Shown here piece after piece: positions 55,601-56,168 of a stretch of 56,168 bases of DNA. The notes beneath the pieces were generated by a model. That model was not told where the DNA came from and made no database searches. It saw only the letters and a list, made by a program, of their open reading frames with translations. Position numbers and translations under genes: made by a program. Position 1 is the first letter of the stretch, and every line of letters begins with the position of its first letter. The DNA is from Candidatus Yanofskybacteria bacterium RIFCSPLOWO2_01_FULL_39_28 (GTDB taxonomy: Bacteria > Patescibacteriota > Minisyncoccia > 2-02-FULL-40-12 > GWA2-44-9), in the NCBI GenBank assembly GCA_001794635.1, contig MGKE01000001.1, positions 1 to 56,168 on the forward strand, in the 5' to 3' direction.

Positions 55601-55957
55601 TTTATAATCTCCTACACCATAAAGATCCTGGTAAAGAGTAAAATATCTATACGCCTCATAGGCTTTGGCATTTAAATCATCACGTATTTTGTCCTTGAAA
55701 AACTCTTTAAAATTAGTGTCTCCTTCTTTCATTTTTACCCAAATTTTCCTTACCTCTAGGAATGTTTTTTTAAAGGCGAGGTTATTTTCTTCCCAATCAT
55801 GGTAAAATTTTGACCAATTTCCGAGTTTATCAAAAGTCCAATAATGACTAGAGGCTTCTTTAATTAGGGAATCAAAATGCTCTCTCATCTCTGGAGAGAG
55901 TTCTTGTCCCGATGATTCTATGGGGGTGATTTTTGGTTTTTCTCTTAGGCCTTCCAT
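52640..55957 (-). CDS. Large hypothetical protein (1105 aa) with two copies of an RDG / D-x-G-x-x-G / IED domain
   Basis: Uninterrupted ORF; helical N-terminal half; duplicated motif set in the C-terminal half. Confidence 0.85.
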   Translation of the reverse strand: MEGLREKPKITPIESSGQELSPEMREHFDSLIKEASSHYWTFDKLGNWSKFYHDWEENNLAFKKTFLEVRKIWVKMKEGDTNFKEFFKDKIRDDLNAKAYEAYRYFTLYQDLYGVGDYKFLSEILDHEAVWTNSDGSLMHNLLQAMGESKSQDCVATIIKYIDHVLSPEYKRKSHIDSDLDNAISAMINIIGADKTCDILDSLAEADNTLKGWLEKNKIKAKIKNGSIKFYLFGSHRVEEFDLVTENERLATLETELEEFEKNPPPPKKHKMSPDMFGSPFKDLDKNENDDWIIPGPYISETNKTKEAISKPKEKVSHTESLLDDNAIRWERGRLLNLYGRFKPKAEKPIGMTTGNYLDGMTATLGIGVSSPDHYLGILNGVIDEKNIRKEGEELPTLKEVEEAYQVVAVAFARGLSLGILERRVDDAISEIDRAKDFIGSCAEKFDDPTQISFLLSLTDQLGQLQVFLSEQVAVTPPPEIPESAQSFLITHPSTKRVREVADFRDLLAEKIKWYIANDLHHNLQSIQLKIENVGTEDEKIVPVSGPSFGRLKSIIEEYKRGIELYKKVEQSDVPVYWEARESLVKDFDSKRNVVFGRDGRYFFTALKASEFGQRRSVQKYVVITSSMVGHHDQRRKDMATKYLHQNGVTLDFNFIDTGFSGTIPEFAIRALADADNTHLSHDEVNSKIKLLSSSHPGRAQIARRHGSNAAQTIEDRPKSIDRPDHLVLDENGKVYPAINPNPVKEQLRAWVVEHVSFRNFVPKLDYDHLPAELKISPETLKRLKEKGLISDQLPEKTVDDILLDVEKESEENSEDNEWMTRTALDTRVEGKLTSFMEKHLDDISKEKQGEILKDAMRLYEVSRDKVAPVVLDFARWCLERAKPGQKVLFLARDGLAPWIAARMLVRQGKFPGITEDQLKYAHLSRNITWQEDETTLKQYLSQLGVEDDGEDLLTVDVGMFGAIHQSLQELYPQKKVNSLYLISASRDEGIEGYLSDVKKGTGSIDPIWKSIPGNPAVHFIEDTFSGFYGSTQGLEKSEDGTIKPKLGVPYSREVYLKRLAAIDGIVDHILSLEPGDPQKNSAELNVYLASQFKEDKKYIMVPHE

Positions 55958-56168
55958 GATCTACGATAATAAAGTTAACAAAAATCAAGAGAAAATGCCA
56001 GTTTTAAAACAAAAAACTCCCTATCGGGAATTCTTTGTGGGAGTAGCGAGCTACTTGAAGGAAAACAAGATTTTGACCTGGACCCCAAATTTCAGACACT
56101 TGGTCGAAGTTGATATAATGTAAAAATGAATAAATTAAATAACCAAGTGCTTATGGGAAAAAGATATA

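Noticed and set aside
55920-56168. 67-aa plus-strand ORF and a partial ORF from 56126
   Set aside because: The first overlaps the start of the 1105-aa gene with no motifs; the second is 14 codons, cut by the window edge.

Overview
This 56.2 kb window reads as standard-code bacterial DNA. The gene mix points to Patescibacteria/CPR, probably Parcubacteria (inference from DUF5652, DUF3105, a cohesin-dockerin protein, GH57+glgA and a pilin cluster). Contents in order: (1) a sugar-phosphate operon (rpiB, 2-hydroxyacid dehydrogenase, rpe, pfkB, conserved hypothetical, fba); (2) scattered redox genes (trxB, sod, two glutaredoxins, VKOR, msrB, ccdA); (3) pmt, tgt, nfo and an RRM protein; (4) a type IV pilus/T2SS-like cluster with four minor pilins; (5) a large surface protein; (6) pgi, GH57, glgA, murJ, a C39 peptidase, an acyl-CoA ligase and Ca2+ transporters; (7) a response regulator and sensor kinase separated by a three-gene cassette (GAMT-like methyltransferase, pyruvoyl AdoMetDC-family decarboxylase, GNAT); (8) a decaying accessory region from about 47.3 kb with an AbiE pair whose toxin is disrupted, an NYN-ASCH fusion, a truncated deaminase, frameshifted small ORFs and a 1105-aa protein with a duplicated domain. 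The non-coding DNA carries several recurring palindromic and short-period repeat families. Some copies sit in frame inside pfkB, pmt and murJ, and others form long rod-like hairpins. I recognised no rRNA, complete tRNA or CRISPR array. All assignments are from motif recognition by eye; no searches were run.
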